Below are positions 1 through 10,432 of a stretch of 64,000 bases of DNA, in pieces. Numbering within the stretch: the first letter of the stretch is position 1; the number at the start of each line of letters is the position of its first letter. The notes below the pieces were generated by a model. It saw only the letters and a list, made by a program, of their open reading frames with translations, searched no databases and had not been told where the DNA came from. The stretch is taken from NCBI GenBank assembly GCA_965221985.1, contig OZ244928.1:535198-599197 (forward strand), given 5' to 3'. The stretch is from Gammaproteobacteria bacterium. GTDB lineage: Bacteria; Pseudomonadota; Gammaproteobacteria; Steroidobacterales; GCA-2729495. Position numbers and translations under genes: made by a program.

Positions 1-2285
1 TCATCGTTGAGTAAGTTGGTGACGAAGCCACCGATGCTCCAGCGATCCGCTGCCAAACCTAGCCGCAAATTGACCAGTGTGCGCTCGGAAATTTGACCGA
101 AATTCGCCGATTGCGACCAGCGGTCGCTCTCGTAGATGTAGTCGGTGCGGAAGAAGATTTCGCGATCCTCCCGAATCGGCTTCCGAATAGCAACGCCGAG
201 CGCTACTTGATGCTTAGGCGTACTCGCGATTTCCTTACCCGCCAAATCGCCGTTGCCCGTGCTTTCCAACAAGAATTCATCTTCACCCTCGGTAAATTCA
301 CCAGCTGTAAATCCGTAGCTGGCGAACAGGCTGAGATCTTCGGTCGCCACAAGATTGGCTTCAAGCTCGAAACCACTGACTTCTGATCTACCCTTGTTAC
401 TGATGGCCGTCGTTACCGTCTCGCCACCGCGTTCAAGGGGAACCCTTATCGTCGCGAAGGTGCCCTGATTCTTCCAGTCGATATAGAACACCGCGAAATT
501 CGTGGTTAATCGTTTGTCCAACCAACTGCTCTTGATGCCGAATTCATAGGTCCATTGTTCTTCCTCTTCAACCAAAGCATCTCTATCGGCAACGGCAGTA
601 TCTTGGGTAGAGCAGGCAATATCCGGACCAAAGTACTCATCATTGAATCCGCCAGGCTTATTGCCTTTCGCTGTTAGCCAATAAAAATTCAAATCTTCCT
701 GCGGCTGCCATTGCAATATAAGTCGCGGCGTAAAATTGTCGAACTTCGCGCTAATCGTTGAACAATCATTATTTGCCGGTATTAGGGACTTTTCATCCTC
801 CGACCAGCGCGCTTCGACAGACAGCGTTAATTTCTCCGTTAAATCCCAATCCAATTGACCAAATACCGCGATGTTCTCCAGGAATTCCCACTCCCAATTC
901 GCGAAAGTAGGTGGAATCGCGCCGGCCCCGGTCGAGCCAATCCCAGGAAAACTGCGTTGACGCGTCTTGAATTTCCAATCGTAGTAATAGCCACCGAGTT
1001 GGGCGCGAATCTTTTTGTCAGCCGGCGACGCGATGCGAAGTTCAGCCGACCAGTCGCGCATCGCCGTTTGCTGGAAGAACGAAAAGAGACCAAACAGCGC
1101 GCGCACTTGCTGGTGATCGAGATCGAAGGCCTGCTCAAAATCGTCTTCGCTAATAGAGCCGCGTGCAGTGAGCTGCCAGTCCCCAAATTCTTGCACCCAT
1201 TCCGCCAAAAATCTTTCCGTTTGACGTCGGGTACCCGGCTCAGCAGGCTCAGCATAAAACTCCGCAAGACTTCTTCCAGCCGGAGGAACAGCCTGTATGC
1301 CGGCTCGAAAATCAGGCAAATTGATACGATTCTCGCGATTGCTGGCATCGAATTCACCGCAGAATGCACCTTCGGTATCTCGCCACCAAGCCGGCTCCCC
1401 AGGCTGCTCCGCACCTAAATCATCAGGTGGCAACCAACAATTCAACTCAGTGGTAATCAAACTCGGAAAGTGGCCATCGTCGGCATCAGCAAAGCTGTAT
1501 TTGAGATTGACCTCCGCCCCATCAAACGGCAACCATGTGAGCTTAGCCATGATGTCTTGCGTTTCTTCATTGCCGAGACGGCTATTGTCTCCCTGCTGCG
1601 GCGGATCAATGAAAAATCCTACCGTCGGATAGGCAGTATCTTCACTGAGCGCATTGTGCCACTGGCCACCATACTTCTCCCAATTTGCCGCCACCAGATA
1701 GAGCAGGCGATCTTCAAGAATTGGACCACTAAACCAACCACCAATCTTATAGTTATCGTTTGCGCCTGCCCGTGTATTCAATTCGGCGACAAAGTTGTTA
1801 CTAGGTTTTCTCGTGACATAGTTGACCGCTCCGGCAAAGGTTGCACGACCAAACTGGCTTGATTGAGGACCTCGTATAACCTCGGTGCGTTCCACCGCTT
1901 CAAGCGTGGCCGTGGAAATACTGCTGCGATGAGATACATAAACACCATCGATAAAATAAGAAGCGTTAGGCTCGCCCCGAGTCGCGGGCGCCGCCATCCC
2001 CCGAATGACCGGACGGTCGAGGCGGCGGCCTGTTTGTTGCACGGTATTGAAATTGGGTGTGAAGTAAGCCAAATCGTAGTTGTTGGCAATGCCCCGATGG
2101 CGCAGCTGCTCGCTCGACAGCGCGCTGATAGACAGTGGCACCTCTTGCAAACTTTCCTCGCGCTTACGGGCCGTAACGGTGATTTCGTCTATGGCTTGGG
2201 CCAATACTGAATATGTAGGTGTGCACGATAATATCGTTAGGCACCCGATGGCCCCCCACCGTTGCAACCTATTGAGTGAAATCAT
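1..2285 (-). CDS. TonB-dependent outer membrane receptor. The ATG is at 2283-2285 and the reading frame runs off the window start, so the C-terminus is truncated
   Basis: My reverse-complement translation from 2285 gives MISLNRLQRWGAIGCLTILSCTPTYSVLAQAIDEITVTARKREESLQEVPLSISALSSEQLRHRGIANNYDLAYFTPNFNTVQQTGRRLDRPVIRG, a signal peptide followed by a TonB box/plug. Frame checks at about 1025 and at 1-60 (..GFVTNLLND) are consistent. It is absent from the ORF track because it has no in-window stop. Plus-strand ORFs at 855-2346 are antisense artifacts. Confidence 0.8.
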   Translation of the reverse strand, partial: MISLNRLQRWGAIGCLTILSCTPTYSVLAQAIDEITVTARKREESLQEVPLSISALSSEQLRHRGIANNYDLAYFTPNFNTVQQTGRRLDRPVIRGMAAPATRGEPNASYFIDGVYVSHRSSISTATLEAVERTEVIRGPQSSQFGRATFAGAVNYVTRKPSNNFVAELNTRAGANDNYKIGGWFSGPILEDRLLYLVAANWEKYGGQWHNALSEDTAYPTVGFFIDPPQQGDNSRLGNEETQDIMAKLTWLPFDGAEVNLKYSFADADDGHFPSLITTELNCWLPPDDLGAEQPGEPAWWRDTEGAFCGEFDASNRENRINLPDFRAGIQAVPPAGRSLAEFYAEPAEPGTRRQTERFLAEWVQEFGDWQLTARGSISEDDFEQAFDLDHQQVRALFGLFSFFQQTAMRDWSAELRIASPADKKIRAQLGGYYYDWKFKTRQRSFPGIGSTGAGAIPPTFANWEWEFLENIAVFGQLDWDLTEKLTLSVEARWSEDEKSLIPANNDCSTISAKFDNFTPRLILQWQPQEDLNFYWLTAKGNKPGGFNDEYFGPDIACSTQDTAVADRDALVEEEEQWTYEFGIKSSWLDKRLTTNFAVFYIDWKNQGTFATIRVPLERGGETVTTAISNKGRSEVSGFELEANLVATEDLSLFASYGFTAGEFTEGEDEFLLESTGNGDLAGKEIASTPKHQVALGVAIRKPIREDREIFFRTDYIYESDRWSQSANFGQISERTLVNLRLGLAADRWSIGGFVTNLLND

Positions 2286-2494
2286 CTTGTCGCCCCCCGT
2301 TGGCATACCTCCCACACCCCAAAACCTATGCCTTCTGGCAGATTGAAGCAAATCGCTTAATTCTCTCCATATATCTGTTATCGCTGGAAGTCGTGCCGCA
2401 AGCTCGTCTATCCGAAACGCATAGCTGGCGGCCGCGTCGAAAAGCGGTAGACCTTCAATCTGCGCAATAGAAGCACCCGCAAAAGACTATCGGC

Positions 2495-3049
2495 CTAAGG
2501 ACTCTCCAGACTAAAATCTAGTGTTGCGATGGCCGTATCTTCGATAGAGATTTCAAATCTATACTGACCCGGCACGTCCTCGTCAGTCACTTCCCAAAAA
2601 TGACCAATCAAACCTTCGAAGATGGGTTGCGATTGCGCTGAGATAATGCGGCGGTTTTCACGATCGAGCTGCGAATAGTCGGGCAATTGATTAACCTGCA
2701 CCTGTTCTCGGTAGTGAAAGATCTCCGTCCAAGACACTTCCGTGAGGTCGGTTTCCAGCCATGCGACCCAACCAACTAGCCGCCCAGGCTCTATGGCGAT
2801 CGATTGTTGCGGTACGAAAGTTTCAAGATTTTGGCCAGCCTTCGATCGACTCCCGACTTTAATGCCTGTCACTCTAGTATCTTCTCCAAGCTGAATATCT
2901 AGGTTCATCGGGCTGGCAGGTACTTCGTCGGCCGTCGCAGGCTGGATATTGGACATGCCGTCAAATATGCGAACCCAGACAAAGATCGACAAAGCAATCC
3001 AAGCCACAATAACGATGGCATAAAGGCCTTTTTTGGTCGTAGTTTTCAC
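2495..3049 (-). CDS. Hypothetical protein with an N-terminal TM anchor
   Basis: ORF MKTTTKKGLYAIVIVAWIALSIFVWV.. with a single N-terminal hydrophobic helix. No recognisable family motif. Confidence 0.45.
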   Translation of the reverse strand: MKTTTKKGLYAIVIVAWIALSIFVWVRIFDGMSNIQPATADEVPASPMNLDIQLGEDTRVTGIKVGSRSKAGQNLETFVPQQSIAIEPGRLVGWVAWLETDLTEVSWTEIFHYREQVQVNQLPDYSQLDRENRRIISAQSQPIFEGLIGHFWEVTDEDVPGQYRFEISIEDTAIATLDFSLESP

Positions 3050-3075
3050 ACTCGCAACTTTGTGTCTGCTAGATC

Positions 3076-3840
3076 ATGACTCTTGGGCTTGATAGGCTTG
3101 AATTTGTTGGTTCCCATACAGTAATGAATAGCAACGAACGATTAATTGTCAACAGTATAACGGGCGCTGATCTTGACTTACCCATCGCAGGACCAGGTGG
3201 CCGTAGCTATGCATTCATAATTGACTGGCACATTAGATTTTTTATTGCCCTGTTGTGGCTGGTTGTTGCCATCGGGCTTATATCTCAAACCACGGAATCT
3301 GGTAATTTCACAGATAATCCACTGGCCGGTTTATGGCTACTCGCCGTATTGCCCGCTGCAATCATCTATTTTCTATACCATCCAATTCTCGAGGTGCTCA
3401 TGAAAGGTAGCACACCGGGCAAACGCGTTGCCGATATTAGAATAGTAACCCAGCAAGGCAACATACCTTCAAGTGGAGCACTGATCATAAGAAACGTGTT
3501 TCGGATTTTGGATAGCCTACCGGGTTTCTATGTAATCGGATTAGTAACCACCATATTTACCAAGCAAAGCGTCCGTGTTGGCGACCTAGCAGCGGGCACA
3601 TTGCTGGTTTATCAAAGTCGGGCCAAGAGCGTTTCAATTGACGAAATCACTAGACTCGGCAGGGGCGACAATAACCCGGAAATGGTTGAGTTGATTCAAG
3701 ATGTGCTCGATCGCTGGAATCAACTCGATTCACCAACTCGCCGAAAATTTGCAGCTCGGCTGCTTGCACACGCGGGCATCAACTCGATGCCTAACGAGGA
3801 TGATGATTTGCGCGATCAGATGAAAAAATTGCTAAATTAG
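3076..3840 (+). CDS. RDD family membrane protein
   Basis: C-terminal region GSTPGKRVADIRIV...RVGDLAAGTLLVYQS matches the RDD-domain pattern (R..D..D, GKR..D.R.V ... D..AgT.VV). Multiple TM helices. Confidence 0.7.
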   Translation: MTLGLDRLEFVGSHTVMNSNERLIVNSITGADLDLPIAGPGGRSYAFIIDWHIRFFIALLWLVVAIGLISQTTESGNFTDNPLAGLWLLAVLPAAIIYFLYHPILEVLMKGSTPGKRVADIRIVTQQGNIPSSGALIIRNVFRILDSLPGFYVIGLVTTIFTKQSVRVGDLAAGTLLVYQSRAKSVSIDEITRLGRGDNNPEMVELIQDVLDRWNQLDSPTRRKFAARLLAHAGINSMPNEDDDLRDQMKKLLN

Positions 3841-3846
3841 GCAGTA

Positions 3847-4818
3847 ATGGCTGAAACGTTCGCTATAAAGAAGTGGCTAGAGAATCGTTCCTCGCTATGG
3901 CAAGAGTACGACAAACTATATCAATACACTGAGCGCGGAAAGGGAATTCAAGTAAATCAAGCTGCTGCCTTTGTAAACGGTTATCAGGAAATTGCTCGTG
4001 ATCTAAGCCTTGCCCGTAAATTCATCCCTGACAGCCGCATCTGTCGCTATCTATCCAACATTTACGCCGACTTTCATCAAAGCATCCATCGGCGCCCGCC
4101 GCAATACCTGCGAGGATTCAAACGCTTTTTCCGCGACGAAATACCACAGGCGGTTCACGCAATTCGTTGGCAAATACTTGTCGTCACGGCCATCTTTTTG
4201 GCCAGCGGACTGGCTGGCTGGCTACTGGTATTCAACTTTCCTGAACTCGCCACCCTATTCGCCTCGGAGCGAATGATTGACACTGTTAGCAAGGGCGGGC
4301 TGTGGACAGACGACCTTATCAATATTGTCCCGTCGTCTTTGCTTTCCGTTGGCATATTCACTAACAATATTTCTGTGGCGCTAACCGCCTGTTGCATGGG
4401 GGCACTTTTTGGCCTCGGCACCATCTACATTATTGCACTTAACGGATTAATGCTCGGTGGCATTTTCGCATTCACGTATCAATATCAGCTTGCTCACCGG
4501 CTGTTCGAATTTATCGTGGCACACGGCATTGTCGAACTGAGCGTAATTTGTGTAGCGGGCGCAGTTGGGGCATCCATTGGAGAGGCACTTGCACGGCCGG
4601 GGTTGATTCCGCGGCGCGTCGCCTTCGAGATAGCCGCCAAGCGAGGCATGAAGCTGATGGCAATCTGCATCCTATTTCTAATCGGCGCCGGAATCATTGA
4701 AGGTTATGTGTCACCTAATCCGCTGTTTGGACTAAACAGCCGGATTATTATTGGCATTTGTTACATGCTTTTATTTATAGCTGTACTAGCGGGTCCGTGG
4801 AAGGCCCAAGAGAACTAG
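3847..4818 (+). CDS. SpoIIM-like (DUF95) integral membrane protein
   Basis: Polytopic membrane protein that is the conserved neighbour of an RDD protein in MoxR/DUF58 clusters. The N-terminal soluble part is followed by 5-6 TM helices. Confidence 0.6.
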   Translation: MAETFAIKKWLENRSSLWQEYDKLYQYTERGKGIQVNQAAAFVNGYQEIARDLSLARKFIPDSRICRYLSNIYADFHQSIHRRPPQYLRGFKRFFRDEIPQAVHAIRWQILVVTAIFLASGLAGWLLVFNFPELATLFASERMIDTVSKGGLWTDDLINIVPSSLLSVGIFTNNISVALTACCMGALFGLGTIYIIALNGLMLGGIFAFTYQYQLAHRLFEFIVAHGIVELSVICVAGAVGASIGEALARPGLIPRRVAFEIAAKRGMKLMAICILFLIGAGIIEGYVSPNPLFGLNSRIIIGICYMLLFIAVLAGPWKAQEN

Positions 4819-6113
4819 ATTTGATGCCGCTGTCGTAAGACTTGATAAGAATGCATCACTTTATGTGCTAACTGGTCAGCAGAAGCAGAAATTACGTGGC
4901 AACCTTTCCGGGTAAGCTGTCGGATACCAGCCTCACGGCTGGACAGATATTCCGATGCCGCCAAGCTGATGTAGGGATCAAGCCAATCTTTTGCGCTGAC
5001 CCCAACAAGGTTCCTAACTTTCGCGCTCTCCAAGCTAACAACTAGGGTGGAATGCTTAGGCATTAGCAATTGGACAGCCTGGTTCAGCTGACCGTGGACT
5101 TTCTGCGCATCGATATCCGACAAGATCACCACCAAGCATCGATGATTTAAGCGTTTGCGTAATTGCAACATTGCGCTGATCGGACTCGATTCAACGGCCC
5201 TCGACTTTATCGCGGTCAAAGCATTGCGGACACGTTTAACGCCAGCGATTCCGCGGCCAGGCAGCGCAAGCGACAAGGGCTCATCGGCAAAAACTAGTAG
5301 ACCGACTTTGTCGTCATTGTGCACGGCGAACTCGGTAAGCTGAGCCGCCACATTGGAAAAATGTCCCAAGCGACTCAACCTTCCATCCTTGATTCTGCTA
5401 GCTTTGGATACGTCGATGGCGATCATCAACTCCAGGTGCTGATCTTCCGTCCATTGCCGCGTAATCAATCGCCCTACCCGGGCCGTTGCACGCCAATCGA
5501 TGGCACTGTGAGGATCGCCCACTTGATAATCCCTAAGACTGTGCAATTCCAAGCCACTGCCGATGGGTCTAGCGACGCTTTCACCGCGTTGAAACATACC
5601 CCGGCACTCACCGGCACGGCCCAGATAGTCAGGTGCCACTGTCGTGTGCGTAGACAAATCTTGCTTTTGGTGCCACCAGGAAAAGCCCAGGCAGCCCAAC
5701 ACTCGAAAGTTCAACTTGGGCAATTGCTGATCACCCAATTCCAATGGCGTGAGTCGCTGCGATTCGATGTGATCATCCAGACCCGTCAGTCTCAGATGAT
5801 GGACCTCATCCGGTATTGCTAAGCTTGCCTGGGGCGAAAATCGATATTCCAAATTGATGTCTTGCTGACGATTTTTTCTAAACTTCAACTTAAAGATTTC
5901 CGGGCGGCCGAGATAAATCATGGGGCTGATGTCAGCACTGACACCCAATCTCAATTGACGAGAATTGAACGCTTCATAAATAAGCGCAAGGAGCATCAGG
6001 GCCGCCCCAACTCGCCAAAACAGCGCAGCACCCGTGAAAGAGACCCACTGCGTCGCGATACCGCACAGTGCAATCAGCCCGGCAAAAAATAGACCTCGCA
6101 GGCTAAGACTCAT
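4815..6113 (-). CDS. DUF58 (vWA-like) domain protein
   Basis: ..LELHSLRDYQVGDPHSAIDWRATARVGRLITRQWTEDQ..LMIAIDVS is the typical DUF58 core. Two N-terminal TM helices. Translationally coupled to the upstream MoxR gene. Confidence 0.75.
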   Translation of the reverse strand: MSLSLRGLFFAGLIALCGIATQWVSFTGAALFWRVGAALMLLALIYEAFNSRQLRLGVSADISPMIYLGRPEIFKLKFRKNRQQDINLEYRFSPQASLAIPDEVHHLRLTGLDDHIESQRLTPLELGDQQLPKLNFRVLGCLGFSWWHQKQDLSTHTTVAPDYLGRAGECRGMFQRGESVARPIGSGLELHSLRDYQVGDPHSAIDWRATARVGRLITRQWTEDQHLELMIAIDVSKASRIKDGRLSRLGHFSNVAAQLTEFAVHNDDKVGLLVFADEPLSLALPGRGIAGVKRVRNALTAIKSRAVESSPISAMLQLRKRLNHRCLVVILSDIDAQKVHGQLNQAVQLLMPKHSTLVVSLESAKVRNLVGVSAKDWLDPYISLAASEYLSSREAGIRQLTRKGCHVISASADQLAHKVMHSYQVLRQRHQI

Positions 6114-6119
6114 ACGCGC

Positions 6120-7070
6120 TTAGCGCGGAACTTCAACCGCATCCAACAAAGCATCTACGTGCGCCCCAATATCAAGGCCTTCCAATATTGACTCCGCGTT
6201 TAGTACCAAGCGGTGAGAAATCACGGCCCGCGCAACTCGTTTTACATCATCGGGCAACACGTAGTCACCGCCGCGCAACGCGGCATCGACCCGCGCACAG
6301 CGCGCCAAGGCAAGCGCACCGCGGGTGGAAAGCCCCAGGTCGACTCTATCGCTATCGCGTGTTGCTTGAGCAATGTCCAAGATGTAGCCGATCAATTCCT
6401 TGGACAAATGCACCGATTCGACTTGTTGCCGTGCTTCATCGAGCATTGCTGGACTGATCAGCGGCTCACCGCCATTCGGCTTAGCATTGGCTATGCCAGC
6501 CTGGGCATAAGATTCCAGAACCCGAGTTTCGCTGTCTCGTTCAACGTAATGAATATTAAGCGTCAGCATAAACCGATCGAGCTGTGACTCAGGTAGCGGA
6601 TAGGTGCCCTCGAATTCATGCGGATTTTGGGTAGCCACCACCAAGAAGTTGGTGGGTAGCTCAAAACGATTTCTATCAGCCGACACTTGGCGTTCTTCCA
6701 TGGCCTCCAGTAGGGCGGATTGCGTCTTTGGTCCTGCACGATTGATCTCATCAACCAGAACTACATCCGCAAACAGAGGCCCTCTTTGAAAGACGAACTC
6801 ACCCGAGTTTTGGTCAAAGACATGCACGCCGATAATATCTGCCGGCATAAGATCCGCTGTGCCTTGTATTCTTTGAAACTCACCACCAAGCGCAGCGGCG
6901 AAAGACTTGCTCAACAAGGTCTTGCCCAAACCTGGCGGCCCTTGCAGCAGCACATGACCTTTAGATATCAGGGCCACAAGCAAATAATGAATGACGTCGC
7001 TCAAACCAAACACCACATGGCCAAGCCGCTCTCTTAGACGTATCTCAAGATCTTCTAAATTGGAATTCAT
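6120..7070 (-). CDS. MoxR-family AAA+ ATPase
   Basis: Walker A VLLQGPPGLGKTLLSK, then VLVDEINRAGPKTQSALLEAMEE and the C-terminal MoxR signature. Confidence 0.9.
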   Translation of the reverse strand: MNSNLEDLEIRLRERLGHVVFGLSDVIHYLLVALISKGHVLLQGPPGLGKTLLSKSFAAALGGEFQRIQGTADLMPADIIGVHVFDQNSGEFVFQRGPLFADVVLVDEINRAGPKTQSALLEAMEERQVSADRNRFELPTNFLVVATQNPHEFEGTYPLPESQLDRFMLTLNIHYVERDSETRVLESYAQAGIANAKPNGGEPLISPAMLDEARQQVESVHLSKELIGYILDIAQATRDSDRVDLGLSTRGALALARCARVDAALRGGDYVLPDDVKRVARAVISHRLVLNAESILEGLDIGAHVDALLDAVEVPR

Positions 7071-8329
7071 GCTAAGGCCTTACGGAGTGTATTTATTTGA
7101 TTGTGAAGCTTGATCAAGCTCAGCTTACGGCCAGCCTGCGTTGCCGTGTAAGCCTTTCTAAGTTCGTCCAACTTCTCTTTACGAACTAATGGTGAACGGT
7201 CCAAGACATCCCAAATGGGCTCACCAGTCTCCCGCATACTTCTTTGCCGACGAATATCGTTGAAGAACTTTTCAAACATTCGGCGCGCCGCCTCTGCCGG
7301 TTCAAGCTGCCGTGCGAAAAACCGGCCTATGGCGCGAACGAAATCCTCCTCACCGGCAATTGGTACGGCGGTATTGGGTCCACCAAGCCTATTTGAGAAA
7401 CCGATCAAGTAAAGTAGCCAGAACGCTACAATAAAGTACAAGCTATAGTGGAGTCGTGAGTCCGCAAAAAATGCCTTGGGATCATAGAGCTCGCTTAGTC
7501 CCTGGTGCATATCATCGAATATGAAGAAACCATCCGGCGCCAAATGATAGCGCAGCAAGTTTCCGACGAAGTTTCTGTTCTGCAATTTGCCAATCGCACG
7601 ATTCGAAAAAAGGCTTGAGTATGCGCTGAGAATAATTCGACCAGATCCTCTGCGCTGTTCCCATAAAATGCCTAATTCGGTTTGGCTGCCGCTCGCCAAT
7701 TCGAGTAAGGGTGCGTGCTCCCCCATCAAGATTTTCTGTGGTTTTAGGCCAAAATCCGATTCACCGTAAAGCGTATCAACGCCCTCAAACAGCGGGTGCG
7801 CCAAACTTGGCCGCACGTTAAGGATTGTCTTTTCCACCGGTAAGCTATCTACCAGTACTGACTTTAAGGACTTTGAATTATCGGTATCTGGGTCAACGAA
7901 AGTTGCTAAGGTAATTGACTCCAGATCCTCACGAAAAAACTCCTGGTCACTGCGCAAGGCCCAGGCTGGCACATCGTTTATCGCCGCCACGATCACCAGG
8001 GTGTTCCCCTGAACAACCCACTGGCGTAGCTTGTGAATCTCGTCGAAGCGCGGCCTAGATAAGTGCGGCATCGAGACAAGTAAAATATTACCCTGCTTGG
8101 GCATATTCAGCTCGGAGCTGGCCAGCGCATCGAAACGAAGCCGCAAGCTAAGAGTCCTAAGGCCCGCTCTTTCGAGCCACTGTTGTAAAGCCATGTACCC
8201 GTTTGGCCCCGAATCACGACTGGTCGGCCGCGACAGAGGAGGCATGGGGTTTTGCTTCGGAACAAGAAGAACGTAAACCAAAAGTAGCGCGAGCAGACCA
8301 CCGGCAAGAACTGTTAGGCGCTCATTCAT
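7067..8329 (-). CDS. DUF4350-like protein (MoxR-cluster component)
   Basis: N-terminal TM helix. Assigned from its position and size in the conserved MoxR/DUF58/DUF4129 cluster, with a 4-bp overlap to the neighbouring genes. Confidence 0.5.
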   Translation of the reverse strand: MNERLTVLAGGLLALLLVYVLLVPKQNPMPPLSRPTSRDSGPNGYMALQQWLERAGLRTLSLRLRFDALASSELNMPKQGNILLVSMPHLSRPRFDEIHKLRQWVVQGNTLVIVAAINDVPAWALRSDQEFFREDLESITLATFVDPDTDNSKSLKSVLVDSLPVEKTILNVRPSLAHPLFEGVDTLYGESDFGLKPQKILMGEHAPLLELASGSQTELGILWEQRRGSGRIILSAYSSLFSNRAIGKLQNRNFVGNLLRYHLAPDGFFIFDDMHQGLSELYDPKAFFADSRLHYSLYFIVAFWLLYLIGFSNRLGGPNTAVPIAGEEDFVRAIGRFFARQLEPAEAARRMFEKFFNDIRRQRSMRETGEPIWDVLDRSPLVRKEKLDELRKAYTATQAGRKLSLIKLHNQINTLRKALA

Positions 8330-9258
8330 TACGACATTTTTTCTAGAGACCGCAACAGTAAACGCCCATCGTCTAGCACGGCTGAGAACTCTGTGTTATC
8401 TGGTTGCCACACACCAAACGTTGCCCGCTCGGAAAGTCCTACGACCCGATTGAAAGCTTTGAGCTCGGTTTGCCCGGCAAATGGCTTGGCTAACTTTAGC
8501 TCACGGTGCGTCAGCGCGGCGGAATCACTCAAGCGTTGACGTGTCGACAGCTCAGCTAAGAGACCCCGCAACAACCAACGTGGGCGTTCACCAAGCGATA
8601 CCGTATCAAGTTGTTCCAGGGAAAATTCGACGGCTTGCTGCTGTTCAGTTGTTGATCTAGTGACCAGTGGCTTATTACCCGACCGGAAAGAACGATGCTT
8701 CCACGTGTAGATCAGTAACGCTAGGAGCAGTGCAACGATTATTACGCCACTTAGATAAACGATCGCAATGCCTAGCTTTTCAGAGGTTGCCTCCGGCAAG
8801 CCGAAATTCTCTAGCCAGTCGAGTATCACTTCCCATAGCCCTGGAAAGAACCGATCGAGCTGCGCCTTCATCCAATCTAATAGGCTTTCCCAAGGCGAGA
8901 CTACTGCCGATAAGTCCTGAATGTCGGTCAGTTCCGCGAGGATCGTATCGAGTTGTAGTGGATCGGGTTGCCTTCGCGCCACCTTATCCTGGCCATAGCT
9001 CGATATGACATACAGCAAGTCCTCGAGGTCGGAACCAATAAAATTATCTCTCCAACTGTCTGGCAGAGAATCCGCCCAACCTGTTGCGAGAATGAGCTCA
9101 TCCAGATTGGAACAGGACAGATAAATATCATCGATAGGAACATCAACGTACTCCAATCGATCTAAGCATTCCTGAAGCGCCCCGAATTGCGCGGAAGGCG
9201 CCGCATTGGCTGTCACCCACAGACTCGCGGCCAACACTGAGCAGAGGGATGCGCGCAT
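8329..9258 (-). CDS. DUF4129-like protein (MoxR-cluster component)
   Basis: Signal peptide plus a central TM helix. The assignment is by context. Confidence 0.45.
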   Translation of the reverse strand: MRASLCSVLAASLWVTANAAPSAQFGALQECLDRLEYVDVPIDDIYLSCSNLDELILATGWADSLPDSWRDNFIGSDLEDLLYVISSYGQDKVARRQPDPLQLDTILAELTDIQDLSAVVSPWESLLDWMKAQLDRFFPGLWEVILDWLENFGLPEATSEKLGIAIVYLSGVIIVALLLALLIYTWKHRSFRSGNKPLVTRSTTEQQQAVEFSLEQLDTVSLGERPRWLLRGLLAELSTRQRLSDSAALTHRELKLAKPFAGQTELKAFNRVVGLSERATFGVWQPDNTEFSAVLDDGRLLLRSLEKMS

Positions 9259-10067
9259 TACGCAGCGTCGAGTGAATCCATCCTATTTTCTAGATCCGAA
9301 CCCTTGCGGCGCAATTTCAGGTCCTGCCACATGGCGTAGGGAACCGCATAAAATAGAGGGTAAAGGACGGCACTGATTGCTGGAATAAGAAGAAAATCGA
9401 ACCACCAGGGGGAGGTGGGAATCGTACCAGCTTCATCCACGTCCATGGCAAAAACCCCAGCGACTAGTCCAACTATGGAAAAGAATACAATCGCGATAAT
9501 GAACAGAACCGATAAGATCGCCGCCGTTCGCCACCAATTACCCCAGACCAAATTATGACTTTGCTTGATCGCCGCGAACGGACCACTCCGATCTATGACA
9601 ACAAAGTAGATGGCCGTGTATAGGGATACACTCAAGATAATCCCAGGAATGATCAGCAAGAGAAAGCCGATTCCCAGGAATAAGGTCATTAGAATTACAC
9701 AAACAATTAGCGCGGGCGTACGTTTAATGGCTTGTCCAAAAATTTCACCCAGCGAATTTTCTTGGCCATTGGCAACAGCATCGATTCGCAAAAATATTGC
9801 CGCAATAATCACCATAGAAAAAATCATGCTCAAGATAAAAAGCCCTATAAGATCCGGGCTAAAAATTTGCCCGAATACAAGCTCTGGTGAGGGCTGATCA
9901 GAAGTCATCGCTTCCGCGCGCCTCGTCATGATTATGCTTGGTATAGACCCGATCAGTGCACCAAAAAACGATAAAAACACCACTTGACTGAAGGACTCTT
10001 TGAACAGCTTGAAACCATTATCAAGAACGCCGCCAATGGACTGCGGCGATGAAGGACGTTCATACAT
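9258..10067 (-). CDS. Integral membrane protein (first gene of the MoxR-cluster operon)
   Basis: The ORF extends to 10160, but an internal ATG at 10067 is preceded by GGGGGAG (SD). Six or more TM helices. Confidence 0.5.
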   Translation of the reverse strand: MYERPSSPQSIGGVLDNGFKLFKESFSQVVFLSFFGALIGSIPSIIMTRRAEAMTSDQPSPELVFGQIFSPDLIGLFILSMIFSMVIIAAIFLRIDAVANGQENSLGEIFGQAIKRTPALIVCVILMTLFLGIGFLLLIIPGIILSVSLYTAIYFVVIDRSGPFAAIKQSHNLVWGNWWRTAAILSVLFIIAIVFFSIVGLVAGVFAMDVDEAGTIPTSPWWFDFLLIPAISAVLYPLFYAVPYAMWQDLKLRRKGSDLENRMDSLDAA

Positions 10068-10432
10068 TTGCTGCTCCCCCTGGATTGGAATCCAGTTTCG
10101 AGAGTAGCACATAGCCCCGATATTGGCCCCGACCTCCCCGGCTGATCGTCGCTGACCCAAACATTCGTCACGCTAAGAAGTATAGTATTAGACACCAGTG
10201 CCAAAGGAACCCAGCAGTTAGGTGTGGGCCGCGCCAAGTTGAGCAGATGGCCGTCATCCTGATTGAGCTATTCGGCGTTGAAAGCATCATTGAACATCTC
10301 GGCGTGGAAAGTCGCCCCGCTGTCGTCCCGCGCGTAAACAGGCGAAATGCCTACCAACAGCACAAGCAAGGCTGCCCGCATCGCTTGACCGGAACCGGCG
10401 CGGCCTTAGAGTACCCTACTGCTTCTCTACCG

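Noticed and set aside
855-2346. A chain of plus-strand ORFs (855-1418, 1297-1632, 1470-1862, 1863-2210, 2080-2346)
   Set aside because: They are antisense to the continuous minus-strand TonB-dependent receptor, which has a clear signal peptide and plug. These are typical GC-rich antisense artifacts.
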